The position numbers and the translations under genes are program-made. From Akkermansia sp. (GTDB lineage Bacteria; Verrucomicrobiota; Verrucomicrobiia; Verrucomicrobiales; Akkermansiaceae), in assembly GCA_045657445.1 (NCBI GenBank), contig JAZOTC010000025.1:21938-85937 (forward strand): DNA of 64,000 nucleotides. The letters run 5' to 3'. Positions 38,416 to 47,129 of the stretch are shown piece by piece; position 1 is the stretch's first letter; each line of letters opens with the position of its first letter. A model generated the notes under the pieces. That model saw only the letters and a program-made list of their open reading frames with translations. It ran no database searches and had not been told where the DNA came from.

Positions 38416-39567
38416 TTATCGCGGAATTTCATTGCGTTTTTGGCGCTGCTCGGAGGTCATGCTATCAATCTGAGCCAACTTCCGTGTGAAATACTCTTTG
38501 ATATAGGGAGTGGCGTACATGGAATGGAAATACTGGAAGCCTCTGATTTCTGGATGTGTATTGATTTCCATCATTCGGAATCCCTTATCAGTTATCCCAA
38601 TGTCGAACCCCATGTATTCACAGGTGTTGAAACGCCTTGATATATTTTTGATTATGGTACAGAGAGAGTCAAAATCTGCGATGTGTCCACTCAATTTTTC
38701 GCCAGATTCCGGGTGAACCTCAGTATCCTGAATCTTATGTATGTATATCAGCTTTGCATTTCCCCATTGTCCCGTATTGACATCTACATCTGCGTATAAG
38801 GTGTATGCATCCGAGCTCTTCTCATCCCAGTTTACGTAGTTTGCTTCACCTGACCATTTACTGGGGAAACGAAGATAGGAACGGACAATTTTCGGGTCAA
38901 CTCCATTTTCGTTAATGACCAGTATGCGTAATGTGTGAATCAGAGGAGAAATATGAGAGAAGTCCTTGCTGGGGCGAATGTATTCTTGGAATACATAGTT
39001 CGGATGAGACAACACAAAGTCTCTGATATCCTGCTCCGTCACTACAGAGCCGTTGATGTAGAATACATCATCTTTGTATTCCATATGGCAGAAGCCCTTA
39101 GACATGTTGTCATTGTTGGGTTTGCATGCTAAGTCCTGTTCTGCCTTTAGCAGTTGAATGAAGGTATCCAAGCTTTCTGGATTGGCAAGATGATTATCCA
39201 GGCAGGGTCGGAGTCCATTGGGCATGCTATAATAATAATACCTAGGTAATAAGTACTCAAACTCAGAACCTGCCAGCATGTGTTTCAAGGTGAGCTTATC
39301 ATTTATCCAGATGCGAGCCCAGCTGTTGAGTGGCCAGCTTCTGTAAAATTCGTAGTCTGAAAGATATTCCTTGTAATTGGACTCGTTAATACCATAGCCG
39401 ATAGCATGTTCTGCGAGAAAACCTCGGCTGTGTGCCCACTGTAGGAGATCGGTATCAAAAAGAGCTGAATCTTCCTCTTGCTTCAGGGTATCAAGATAAT
39501 AGTTGGCCAGTTTCTTCGTAAATCCTTTCTCGAGTAGGTCAGATAATTCATTGATAACAGTGTTCAT
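38416..39567 (-). CDS. Sugar-transfer-associated ATP-grasp protein
   Basis: INDKL, ACKP, FQEYI, HTLRI, HPESG, GFDIGIT..MEINTHP. Confidence 0.8.
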   Translation of the reverse strand: MNTVINELSDLLEKGFTKKLANYYLDTLKQEEDSALFDTDLLQWAHSRGFLAEHAIGYGINESNYKEYLSDYEFYRSWPLNSWARIWINDKLTLKHMLAGSEFEYLLPRYYYYSMPNGLRPCLDNHLANPESLDTFIQLLKAEQDLACKPNNDNMSKGFCHMEYKDDVFYINGSVVTEQDIRDFVLSHPNYVFQEYIRPSKDFSHISPLIHTLRILVINENGVDPKIVRSYLRFPSKWSGEANYVNWDEKSSDAYTLYADVDVNTGQWGNAKLIYIHKIQDTEVHPESGEKLSGHIADFDSLCTIIKNISRRFNTCEYMGFDIGITDKGFRMMEINTHPEIRGFQYFHSMYATPYIKEYFTRKLAQIDSMTSEQRQKRNEIPR

Positions 39568-39609
39568 AATATTGGAATTTTAGTTGTTTAAATTGTAATC
39601 TTAAGATGA

Positions 39610-40680
39610 TTAAAGAGGTCGGAAAAATTCTGTTTTTTCTTCTGTGGTGGCAATTTTCTGGAAGCCTAACAGGGTGTAGAATTGCATGTCTCTCACATTT
39701 TTGTTGTTGCAGAATAAGCGAATCCCTGTAAAAGGAGCTCCCATCTGCGTGATTTCCTTGAAGAGTCTTTGACCAAGCCGCTTTCCGGAGCGGGCGCCGG
39801 CGGTGCAAATATAGGGAACAAACAACTCCTTATCCTCTATATTAAAGTAAACGACCATCAAAGCATCTAACGTATTATCATGCCATATTTCATATGTATT
39901 ACCAAAAGTTCTTAATTTTTGGGCATATGAATCCACTTCTACTTGCTCACAAAATGGAACAAGGAAGTCATTGGAATGCTTAATCAAGTACGCCTTGATA
40001 TCTTCTACTGTCGCTTTATTCATAGTGACCTCAAGCGAAGGAGGCTCGTTCAAATAAGTCTTATGACATACGATATCAAGAGTATTTTCCTTGTAGTGAT
40101 CCAAGCGTTCAAACCATATATCCTCTTGTGCCTCTATTGCCTCAAGCTTTGCGTAGAAATCTTCATTAATGCACTCTTTCGGAATAATCACCACACCACA
40201 ATCATCGCAAACAGCAATGGCGCCATCATATTGTTCCTTACGCTGTTCAATAATTTCTATATCCAAATCAGGTTCAGGCTTCTTATTGAAGCACCCTACC
40301 GGGGTAAAACCTGTGCACCAAATCGGATAATTTTCGCGCAACAACGCAGAGGCATCGCGAAAGCGCGCATTGCATATGATAGCCTCGGCTTGCAAGTAAA
40401 GCAAAATATATTTGGATACAAGGTCACCTATAATAGCCCTGTTTTCCTTATTGAAAGACTCGATAAAGATAATCTCTCCTTCTTTCGTATCACGAATCAT
40501 ATCGTGTACGGGATAATTGCTGTTCGAACAAGCATATACCCACTTTATGGAACCGACCTTGAAATGCCCCTTGCAGATAGGCATAACTCCCTCCAGAGCT
40601 CCGGATTTGCCGAGACAATCAGCCACCTCTGTGGTGCTTACTCGATTCCTTTTGATATAGTCTATAATCTTATCCCTCAT
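39610..40680 (-). CDS. RraA / 4-hydroxy-4-methyl-2-oxoglutarate aldolase-like domain fused to a GNAT domain
   Basis: STTEVADCL, AIIGDL, RD, CDDCGVVIIP (RraA fold); C-terminal GKRLGQRL..N..QFYTLLGF (GNAT). Confidence 0.78.
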   Translation of the reverse strand: MRDKIIDYIKRNRVSTTEVADCLGKSGALEGVMPICKGHFKVGSIKWVYACSNSNYPVHDMIRDTKEGEIIFIESFNKENRAIIGDLVSKYILLYLQAEAIICNARFRDASALLRENYPIWCTGFTPVGCFNKKPEPDLDIEIIEQRKEQYDGAIAVCDDCGVVIIPKECINEDFYAKLEAIEAQEDIWFERLDHYKENTLDIVCHKTYLNEPPSLEVTMNKATVEDIKAYLIKHSNDFLVPFCEQVEVDSYAQKLRTFGNTYEIWHDNTLDALMVVYFNIEDKELFVPYICTAGARSGKRLGQRLFKEITQMGAPFTGIRLFCNNKNVRDMQFYTLLGFQKIATTEEKTEFFRPL

Positions 40681-40696
40681 GTCTATATGTGTGTTA

Positions 40697-41911
40697 TTAT
40701 GATTCTGGAATAATCTGCACTTTTCGGCTAATTTCAGACATTAAATTCCGCAATTCTGCATCGGAATCAGCATACGCTATATAAAAACCTATGCGAGCTG
40801 CATCATTCTCTGCCTTCTTTATGTAATCTCCGGGCTTGAAATTAAACTCATAATGATGCACGAAAGGAGATTCACGAAGGAACTCCTCGCCACGAATTTC
40901 TTTTACTACACCGCCTTCAAACTCTGTATCAAAAAATCGCAGCACTGCACAACGCCCCGGTGGAATAGTCCCAGACTCAGGCAAAGTAACGGCTTGTCCC
41001 AATGCAGAATTGACCAGAGCATGGTAATTATCACAGCCGGACATAAGCGGAACAATGTCAGACGAAATCATATTACCACCGCCTCTGGCTGCAATCTCAA
41101 TAAGCCAGAACTGACCATCTGCATACTTATATTCTGCATGGGTCAGAGTCCCGTCCGCCAGCCCGGAAGCGTGGACGAAAGCATCATTGGTCTCTGTTAA
41201 CTTTTCGTAATCGTAGTTGGGATTTGTATGAGAAAAATACAGTTCATAGGCAATATTCTCATTAAAGTCATAATGTTTTTTCTCAGATATTGCCAATGTC
41301 TTATGAATACCGTCTATCACGATACCATCAACGGTAAACTCACACCCCTGAATATACCGCTCTAAAATTACCTGCTTTTCCTGTTTTGAAAAAGCCATAC
41401 TGCTTTCAAAACAAGATGAAATATCATCGAGAGATTTTATCGTATAAACCCCTCTGCTGCTGTTAGCATCCAAGGGCTTCATGATGAGTGGCGCCCCGTA
41501 CTGCTTGTAAAAATCAACGGCTTCCTCTACGGTCGAGCATTTTTTACTTGGCGGGGACGGCAAACCGTTCTGTTCAGAAAAACGCCTCATCATGCTCTTA
41601 TTCGTGTACAATGCAGCATTCTCCACTCCCAGAGAAGGAAGTGAGAGAGCATCTGCGATATAGGCCACGGTCGGCATTGCTATATCACATTCCTCAGAGA
41701 GAACAGCGTCAATACTATACTTCTTGGCAATAGAAAGACAACTTTCCTTATCCAAAATGTCGACAACCTCAGAATAATCAGCATAGGGGAAAGCCGGAGA
41801 GTCCGGGTACAAGTTCACCACCAGTGAACTATACCCCATTTCCCTAATCTTTTTCAGAATAGGAATTTGCCAGCGACTACCGGCAATAACCATAATTAAA
41901 GGCGTTTTCAT
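40697..41911 (-). CDS. ATP-grasp amide ligase
   Basis: TNKSMMR, IMKPLDANSSRGV, LERYIQG.EFTVDG, HAEY, IEIAARGGG. Confidence 0.87.
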   Translation of the reverse strand: MKTPLIMVIAGSRWQIPILKKIREMGYSSLVVNLYPDSPAFPYADYSEVVDILDKESCLSIAKKYSIDAVLSEECDIAMPTVAYIADALSLPSLGVENAALYTNKSMMRRFSEQNGLPSPPSKKCSTVEEAVDFYKQYGAPLIMKPLDANSSRGVYTIKSLDDISSCFESSMAFSKQEKQVILERYIQGCEFTVDGIVIDGIHKTLAISEKKHYDFNENIAYELYFSHTNPNYDYEKLTETNDAFVHASGLADGTLTHAEYKYADGQFWLIEIAARGGGNMISSDIVPLMSGCDNYHALVNSALGQAVTLPESGTIPPGRCAVLRFFDTEFEGGVVKEIRGEEFLRESPFVHHYEFNFKPGDYIKKAENDAARIGFYIAYADSDAELRNLMSEISRKVQIIPES

Positions 41912-43008
41912 TTGCGTAGTAACAAGTTGATAATGGAAGCTGTTTCGTCACAACTCAACTCATGGTGAAGTGGCAGGCAGATGACTTGGTCAGCAAGACG
42001 GGTTGCCACCGGCAAATTGGCCGACGTAGCACTCGGCATCCCACGATAAGTAGAGAAAGTGGAAATGAGGGGGTAGAAATACCGGCGCCCGAGAATGTCA
42101 TGCTCTTTGAGGCGGAAGTACAGAGAATCGCGAGATTCGCCGTATTCTTCCTCATTCACAAACACGGGAAAGTATGAATAGTTGTGAGTAACGCCAGGGA
42201 TATCCTCCATGATACGCAGACCTGGCACATCGCGAAGGGAAGCGCGGTACTGCTCTGCCACCTTACGGCGAGATTCGATAGCGGCATCCACATAGCGAAG
42301 GCTCAGCAGACCATATGCCGCACGAACTTCATCCATCTTGCTGTTGATGCCGGGGGCAACTACCTCGGTCTCACCGGAAAAACCGAAGTTCTTGAGGTAG
42401 TCAATGCGCTGTTTCATAGCGGCATCGTGGCAGACAAGAGCACCTCCCTCGATGGTGTTATAGGTCTTAGTGGCGTGGAAGGAGAGGGTGCTGATATCAC
42501 CGGCCTTGAGGATGCTCTCGCCATTCACCCGCACGCCGAAGGCATGGGCAGCATCATAGATGACCTTAAGGCCGTATTTATCGGCAATCGCCTGAATTCG
42601 CTCGGTATCGCAGGGGGTACCATAGACATGCACAGGCATGATGGCAGTGGTATGCGGAGTGATGGCGGCCTCTATCTTATCCGGATCGAGATTACCGGTG
42701 ATAGGGTCGACATCCACAAAAACGGGCTTGATGCCATTCCACCATATGGAGTGAGTGGTTGCCACAAAGCTGTAAGGCGTGGTGATGACCTCGCCGGTAA
42801 TACGAAGGGCCTGCAGCGCTGTGATAAGCGGCAGGGTGCCATTCGTAAACAGGCTGATATAAGGCACACCGAGGTACTCAGCCAGAGCTTTCTCCAGCTC
42901 CTGGTGGTAGTGCCCGTTATTGGTAATCCTCTTGCGCTGCCAGATATCTTCCAGAAGTTTGTGGAACTCCTCCAGCGGAGGAAGCAGAGGTGAGGTTACT
43001 GTAATCAT
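41908..43008 (-). CDS. DegT/DnrJ/EryC1/StrS aminotransferase (VioA-like dTDP-4-keto-6-deoxyhexose aminotransferase)
   Basis: PVHVYG, IYDAAHAFG, SFHATK.YNTIEGG, GINSKMDE, RRYFYP. Confidence 0.9.
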   Translation of the reverse strand: MITVTSPLLPPLEEFHKLLEDIWQRKRITNNGHYHQELEKALAEYLGVPYISLFTNGTLPLITALQALRITGEVITTPYSFVATTHSIWWNGIKPVFVDVDPITGNLDPDKIEAAITPHTTAIMPVHVYGTPCDTERIQAIADKYGLKVIYDAAHAFGVRVNGESILKAGDISTLSFHATKTYNTIEGGALVCHDAAMKQRIDYLKNFGFSGETEVVAPGINSKMDEVRAAYGLLSLRYVDAAIESRRKVAEQYRASLRDVPGLRIMEDIPGVTHNYSYFPVFVNEEEYGESRDSLYFRLKEHDILGRRYFYPLISTFSTYRGMPSATSANLPVATRLADQVICLPLHHELSCDETASIINLLLRK

Positions 43009-43031
43009 TTTTGATAAAATAAATGGTTGGA

Positions 43032-43562
43032 TTATATGCCTCGGACGACTGCGTATTCGTAATCTAACAGAGAAACGGCAATCTGATTTCTGAACTGCCC
43101 CCCCTTGAACACGGAATGTCTCAACAGCCCTTCCTCCTTAAACCCGAGCTTTTCAAATGTTTTGCGAGATGCGATGTTGTCCTCGAGTATGAGAGCAGTG
43201 ATGCGGTGCATACCAAGTTCCAGAAATGCATAATCCAGCATCAATCGGATAGCCGCTGTCCCATAGCCTTTTCCATGAAAGGCTCGTTCTCCTATCAGTA
43301 TTCCAATTTCCGCGGACTTGTATGTGTTGTTGATTTTTGAAAGGTAAACATTACCTATATGCTGGTGCGTTTCCTTGTCGCATACTGCGAGTTTTATACC
43401 ATTCTTACCGTTGATAGCATCTTCTATCCACTTTTTTTCATATGCCTGGGAAACGAAATATTTCTGGGAGCCAAGTAGTGGCCACAGGGATTCGTCCTTG
43501 CGCCAGTGTATGGTTGTCTTGAAGTCGTCAGGCTCAAAGGCTCTAAGATATACTTTATCCAT
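43032..43562 (-). CDS. GNAT N-acyltransferase (RimJ/RimL type)
   Basis: AEIGILIG, GKGYGT, NIAS..FEKLGF.EEG. Confidence 0.88.
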   Translation of the reverse strand: MDKVYLRAFEPDDFKTTIHWRKDESLWPLLGSQKYFVSQAYEKKWIEDAINGKNGIKLAVCDKETHQHIGNVYLSKINNTYKSAEIGILIGERAFHGKGYGTAAIRLMLDYAFLELGMHRITALILEDNIASRKTFEKLGFKEEGLLRHSVFKGGQFRNQIAVSLLDYEYAVVRGI

Positions 43563-44508
43563 GTGTTATTATTGTTTCGATAATTTTTTGCATGTCGCTC
43601 TGCGTATACCGCTGATCTATAGGAATTGGAATAAGCTGGTTAACAAGCATGCTCTCAGTTTCGTCGAGGCGGTCATCCAAGCCTGGCCAGTATGTTGCAA
43701 CAAATATTCTGTTTTCTATTAATTTCTTTCTTAATGTCTTACTATTCGTTAAATAGGGGTAGATCAGAGGGACCGCCATGTCGTCGATATCTGCATTGAA
43801 TGAGTTGTTCTGCTTTAATTTTTCATGCAAATAAAGATAGTTATCTCTTCTCGCCTTACGTGCCGAGTTGTAGTCGATACTGTCAAGTAAACGGGTTGTC
43901 AACCGAGACATGAGGCGGATAGGCTGATTCGCTAAATCGCGGGAGTTCTTGCAGAAGTCTGCATAGCCTGCCTCGGGGCCTTGTTCGATACGTATGAGAA
44001 GGTGTGAGACGCGGTGCTGAGAATCGTCTTGCTCTAACTCTACATTTTGCAGACAATCAGTATAAAGGAATCCCCCATCGGGCACCCCGAAAAACTTTCG
44101 CGGGGAATAGAATGTATCTGTTCCTATCGCTGGCGGGGCGTAAAAGGCTTGGGCGTTATCGATGATGGCTTGGCTTCCATATCGCTGAACTACTTCGTTG
44201 ACAACTGCTTGTTTTATTCCGAAATAATTTGTATACAGGAATGCTTCGTTTTCTTTTAGAACAGGGTACTCTGTTGGTTCCAGATCTTGATTAATCCGGT
44301 AAAGAGTATAGGTAATGCCTAGCTGTTCAATGGTGTCTCTGACAACGTTGCATGTGTAGATAGGCACATATATATTTTTGTATGCTCGCGCGCGCAAAAT
44401 GTACTCCAAGCAATGGCGCGCAGAATTAAGAGGTAGTGCGTCTGGGTGATAATTTTGCCCAAACGCCAACTCAAGTTCGAAGTATCCACCTATTGCACTG
44501 TTTGACAT
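43555..44508 (-). CDS. Divergent DegT-like PLP-dependent protein
   Basis: IGGYFELE, YTNYFG, IIDNAQA (PLP Asp), FYSPRKFFGVPDGG (candidate PLP Lys), PIDQRY. Confidence 0.7.
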   Translation of the reverse strand: MSNSAIGGYFELELAFGQNYHPDALPLNSARHCLEYILRARAYKNIYVPIYTCNVVRDTIEQLGITYTLYRINQDLEPTEYPVLKENEAFLYTNYFGIKQAVVNEVVQRYGSQAIIDNAQAFYAPPAIGTDTFYSPRKFFGVPDGGFLYTDCLQNVELEQDDSQHRVSHLLIRIEQGPEAGYADFCKNSRDLANQPIRLMSRLTTRLLDSIDYNSARKARRDNYLYLHEKLKQNNSFNADIDDMAVPLIYPYLTNSKTLRKKLIENRIFVATYWPGLDDRLDETESMLVNQLIPIPIDQRYTQSDMQKIIETIITHG

Positions 44509-44519
44509 AGAGTCAATGA

Positions 44520-45602
44520 TTAGGGTTTGGAGTACATATCCTCGTAGTACTTTTCGTATTCACCGGAGGTGATGTTATCCATCCACTCCTGGTTGTCGAG
44601 ATACCAGCGCACGGTCTTTTCTATGCCTTCCTCGAACTGGAGAGAGGGTTCCCAGCCCAGCTCGTTTTTGAGCTTGGTGGAGTCGATTGCGTAGCGCAGG
44701 TCGTGCCCGGCGCGGTCGGTCACATAGGTGATGAGCTTTTCGCTGGTGCCTTCCGGGTTGCCGAGCAGGCGGTCCACGGTCTTGATGACCACCTTCACGA
44801 TGTCGATATTCTTCCATTCATTGAAGCCGCCGATGTTGTAGGTATCGCCGGTCTTGCCCTGGTGGAAGATGACATCGATGGCGCGGGCGTGGTCGACCAC
44901 GTAGAGCCAGTCACGCACGTTCTCACCCTTGCCATAGACGGGCAGAGGTTTGCCGTGGCGGATATTGTTGATGAAAAGGGGGATGAGCTTTTCCGGGAAC
45001 TGGTAGGGGCCGTAGTTGTTGGAGCAGTTGGTCACCAGGGTGGGCATGCCGTAGGTGTCGTGGTAGGCGCGCACGAAGTGGTCGCTGCCGGCTTTGGAGG
45101 CGCTGTAGGGGCTGTGCGGGTTGTATTTGGTGGTCTCCAGGAAGAATTCGCTTCCGTAGGGGGCGGAGCCTTCGGGTTTGTCGAGCTCCAGCGCGCCGTA
45201 TACCTCATCGGTGGAGATGTGGTAGAAGCGCGTGCCCTCCCAGTTGCCGTTCCAGTACTGGCGGGCAGCCTGCAGCAGACTCAGTGTGCCCATCACGTTG
45301 GTGCGGGCAAAGGTGAAGGGGTCTTTGATGGAGCGATCCACGTGGCTTTCGGCTGCCAGGTGAATCACGCCGTCGATATCGTACTCCTGCATGAGGGCGC
45401 ACATCTTATCAAAATCGCAGATATCAGCCTTCACGAAGGTGTAGTTCGGCTTGTCTTCGATGTCCCTGAGGTTGGCAAGGTTGCCTGCGTAGGTGAGGGC
45501 ATCGAGGTTGATGATTTTGTACTCCGGGTACTTGTTGACGAAGAGGCGAACTACATGAGAGCCGATGAAGCCCGCTCCGCCAGTGATGAGAATATTTTTC
45601 AT
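44520..45602 (-). CDS. rfbB: dTDP-glucose 4,6-dehydratase
   Basis: TGGAGFIG, HLAAESHVDRSI, STDEVYG, YSASK, SNNYGP. Confidence 0.97.
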   Translation of the reverse strand: MKNILITGGAGFIGSHVVRLFVNKYPEYKIINLDALTYAGNLANLRDIEDKPNYTFVKADICDFDKMCALMQEYDIDGVIHLAAESHVDRSIKDPFTFARTNVMGTLSLLQAARQYWNGNWEGTRFYHISTDEVYGALELDKPEGSAPYGSEFFLETTKYNPHSPYSASKAGSDHFVRAYHDTYGMPTLVTNCSNNYGPYQFPEKLIPLFINNIRHGKPLPVYGKGENVRDWLYVVDHARAIDVIFHQGKTGDTYNIGGFNEWKNIDIVKVVIKTVDRLLGNPEGTSEKLITYVTDRAGHDLRYAIDSTKLKNELGWEPSLQFEEGIEKTVRWYLDNQEWMDNITSGEYEKYYEDMYSKP

Positions 45603-45612
45603 GAAGGGAGGA

Positions 45613-46485
45613 CTATTTAAGAAGTTCCAGCAGACGCTGCCCGTAGGGGTTTTTTCTCATAGGTTCTGCTACTTCGCGCAGTTTCTCTGCGCTAAGCCAA
45701 CCGTTGCGGTAGGCAATGGCCTCCAGACAGGCAATCACAAAGCCCTGGCGTTTCTGCAAGACTTCCACAAAGGTGGAGGCTTCGCTAAGGGAATCGTGGG
45801 TGCCGGTGTCGAGCCAGGCAAATCCATGCCCCATGAGCTCAATTTTAAGAATTTTTCGTTTCAGGAATTCCTGGTTAACGGAGGTAATTTCGAGCTCACC
45901 CCGAGCTGAGGGAGTTACGTTTTCTGCGATGCGGATTACCTCATTAGGGTAGAAATAGAGCCCGACTACTGCATAATTAGATTTGGGATTCTGGGGCTTT
46001 TCTTCAATGGAAAGGCAATTTCCTTCCTGGTCAAACTCTGCAACGCCGAAGCTTGAAGCGTCATTCACCCAGTAACCAAATATGGTGGCACAGCGTTCAT
46101 GCTCCGCTCGGTATACAGCGCGGTGCAGCATGTTGACAAGCCCGCTGCCAAAGAAGATGTTGTCTCCTAATACCAGGCATACATCATCCCCCCCGATAAA
46201 TTCCTTGCCGATGATGAAGGCTTGGGCCAGACCATCGGGGCTGGGTTGTTCGGCATAGGTGAAGTTGACGCCATAGTCGCTGCCGTCGCCCAGAAGACGC
46301 TGGAAACCGGGCAGGTCCTGCGGTGTGGAGATGATGAGGATATCCCGGATGCCAGCCAGCATGAGCACCGAGATGGGGTAGTACACCATCGGTTTGTCAA
46401 AGACGGGGAGCAACTGCTTGCTGACGCCCTTGGTGATGGGGTAGAGACGAGTGCCGGAGCCGCCTGCTAGAACGATGCCTTTCAT
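45613..46485 (-). CDS. rfbA: Glucose-1-phosphate thymidylyltransferase
   Basis: [41 protein letters not shown]. Confidence 0.97.
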   Translation of the reverse strand: MKGIVLAGGSGTRLYPITKGVSKQLLPVFDKPMVYYPISVLMLAGIRDILIISTPQDLPGFQRLLGDGSDYGVNFTYAEQPSPDGLAQAFIIGKEFIGGDDVCLVLGDNIFFGSGLVNMLHRAVYRAEHERCATIFGYWVNDASSFGVAEFDQEGNCLSIEEKPQNPKSNYAVVGLYFYPNEVIRIAENVTPSARGELEITSVNQEFLKRKILKIELMGHGFAWLDTGTHDSLSEASTFVEVLQKRQGFVIACLEAIAYRNGWLSAEKLREVAEPMRKNPYGQRLLELLK

Positions 46486-46517
46486 GGGATGAAGAGGGTG
46501 CGGTTGACTACTCTGCC

Positions 46518-46546
46518 AGTATACTCCTGGCGCTATATGGTGTAAA
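46518..46546 (-). promoter_or_regulatory. Sigma70 promoter of the rfbA cassette
   Basis: TTTACA-17 bp-TATACT on the minus strand. Confidence 0.65.
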
Positions 46547-46567
46547 GCTTTTTTGTTGAAAGAAAGG

Positions 46568-46600
46568 AAAAGACCTGCAAGTTGAACTTGCAGGTCTTTT
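46568..46600 (-). terminator. Intrinsic terminator of tRNA-Leu
   Basis: aaaagacctgcaagtt-g-aacttgcaggtctttt immediately 3' of the tRNA. Confidence 0.85.
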
Positions 46601-46603
46601 GTA

Positions 46604-46685
46604 TGCTCGAAGGGGGACTCGAACCCCCACGGGTCTCCCCATTAGATCCTTAGTCTAACGCGTCTACCAATTCCGCCATCCGAGC
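46604..46685 (-). tRNA. tRNA-Leu with AAG anticodon
   Basis: GCTCGGA/TTCGAGC-A acceptor; Leu-type D arm GCGGAATTGGTAGACGC; arm TTAGA-CTAAGGA-TCTAA; long variable arm; GGGGG-TTCGAGT-CCCCC. Confidence 0.93.
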
Positions 46686-46711
46686 ATTGGTTTCGCACTG
46701 GGTGCGGGGCG

Positions 46712-46740
46712 AATATACACCACACGCCGGCGCATTGCAA
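46712..46740 (-). promoter_or_regulatory. Stable-RNA-type promoter of tRNA-Leu
   Basis: TTGCAA-17 bp-TATATT followed by the GC-rich discriminator cgccccgc. Confidence 0.65.
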
Positions 46741-46767
46741 GACTTTTTTTGCGGAAATTAGAAAAAA

Positions 46768-47124
46768 TTATTGTTTTCTGCCACGATAGGCGCCGTTTTT
46801 ATCGTAAAAGCGGCCATTTTCCTGGCGTCCCTGGTAGGAACCGGTCTTGTCGTAGAAGCGGCCGTTTTCCTGGCGTCCCTGGTAGGAGCCGGTCTTATCA
46901 TAGAATCGGCCGTTTTCCACGCGTCCCTGGTAGGCGCCGGTTTTATCGTAGAAGCGGCCGTTTTCCATGCGCCCCTGGTAGGAGCCGTTTTTATCGTAGA
47001 AGCGTTTGTTGCCGCGGGAGTCGGTTTCGCTGCGGCCCTGGTAGGAGCCGGTGTGGTCGTAGTAGCTTTCGGCCAGCGCGGGCAGCAGGCTGAGGGCCAG
47101 CAGAATGATGAGTGCCTGTTTCAT
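46768..47124 (-). CDS. Secreted tandem-repeat protein (16-aa GRFYDKTGSYQGRxEN repeats)
   Basis: Signal peptide; about six YDKxGxYQGR units; 48-bp DNA repeats. Confidence 0.85.
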   Translation of the reverse strand: MKQALIILLALSLLPALAESYYDHTGSYQGRSETDSRGNKRFYDKNGSYQGRMENGRFYDKTGAYQGRVENGRFYDKTGSYQGRQENGRFYDKTGSYQGRQENGRFYDKNGAYRGRKQ

Positions 47125-47129
47125 GGTGC

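Noticed and set aside
46647-46653. Reading the tRNA-Leu anticodon as TAA
   Set aside because: This would require an asymmetric loop; the 5-bp stem fixes a 7-nt loop with U33 and G37, giving AAG
46780-47060. Regular 48-bp repeats resembling a CRISPR array
   Set aside because: The repeats are contiguous, in frame within a signal-peptide ORF, lack unique spacers, and no cas genes are present
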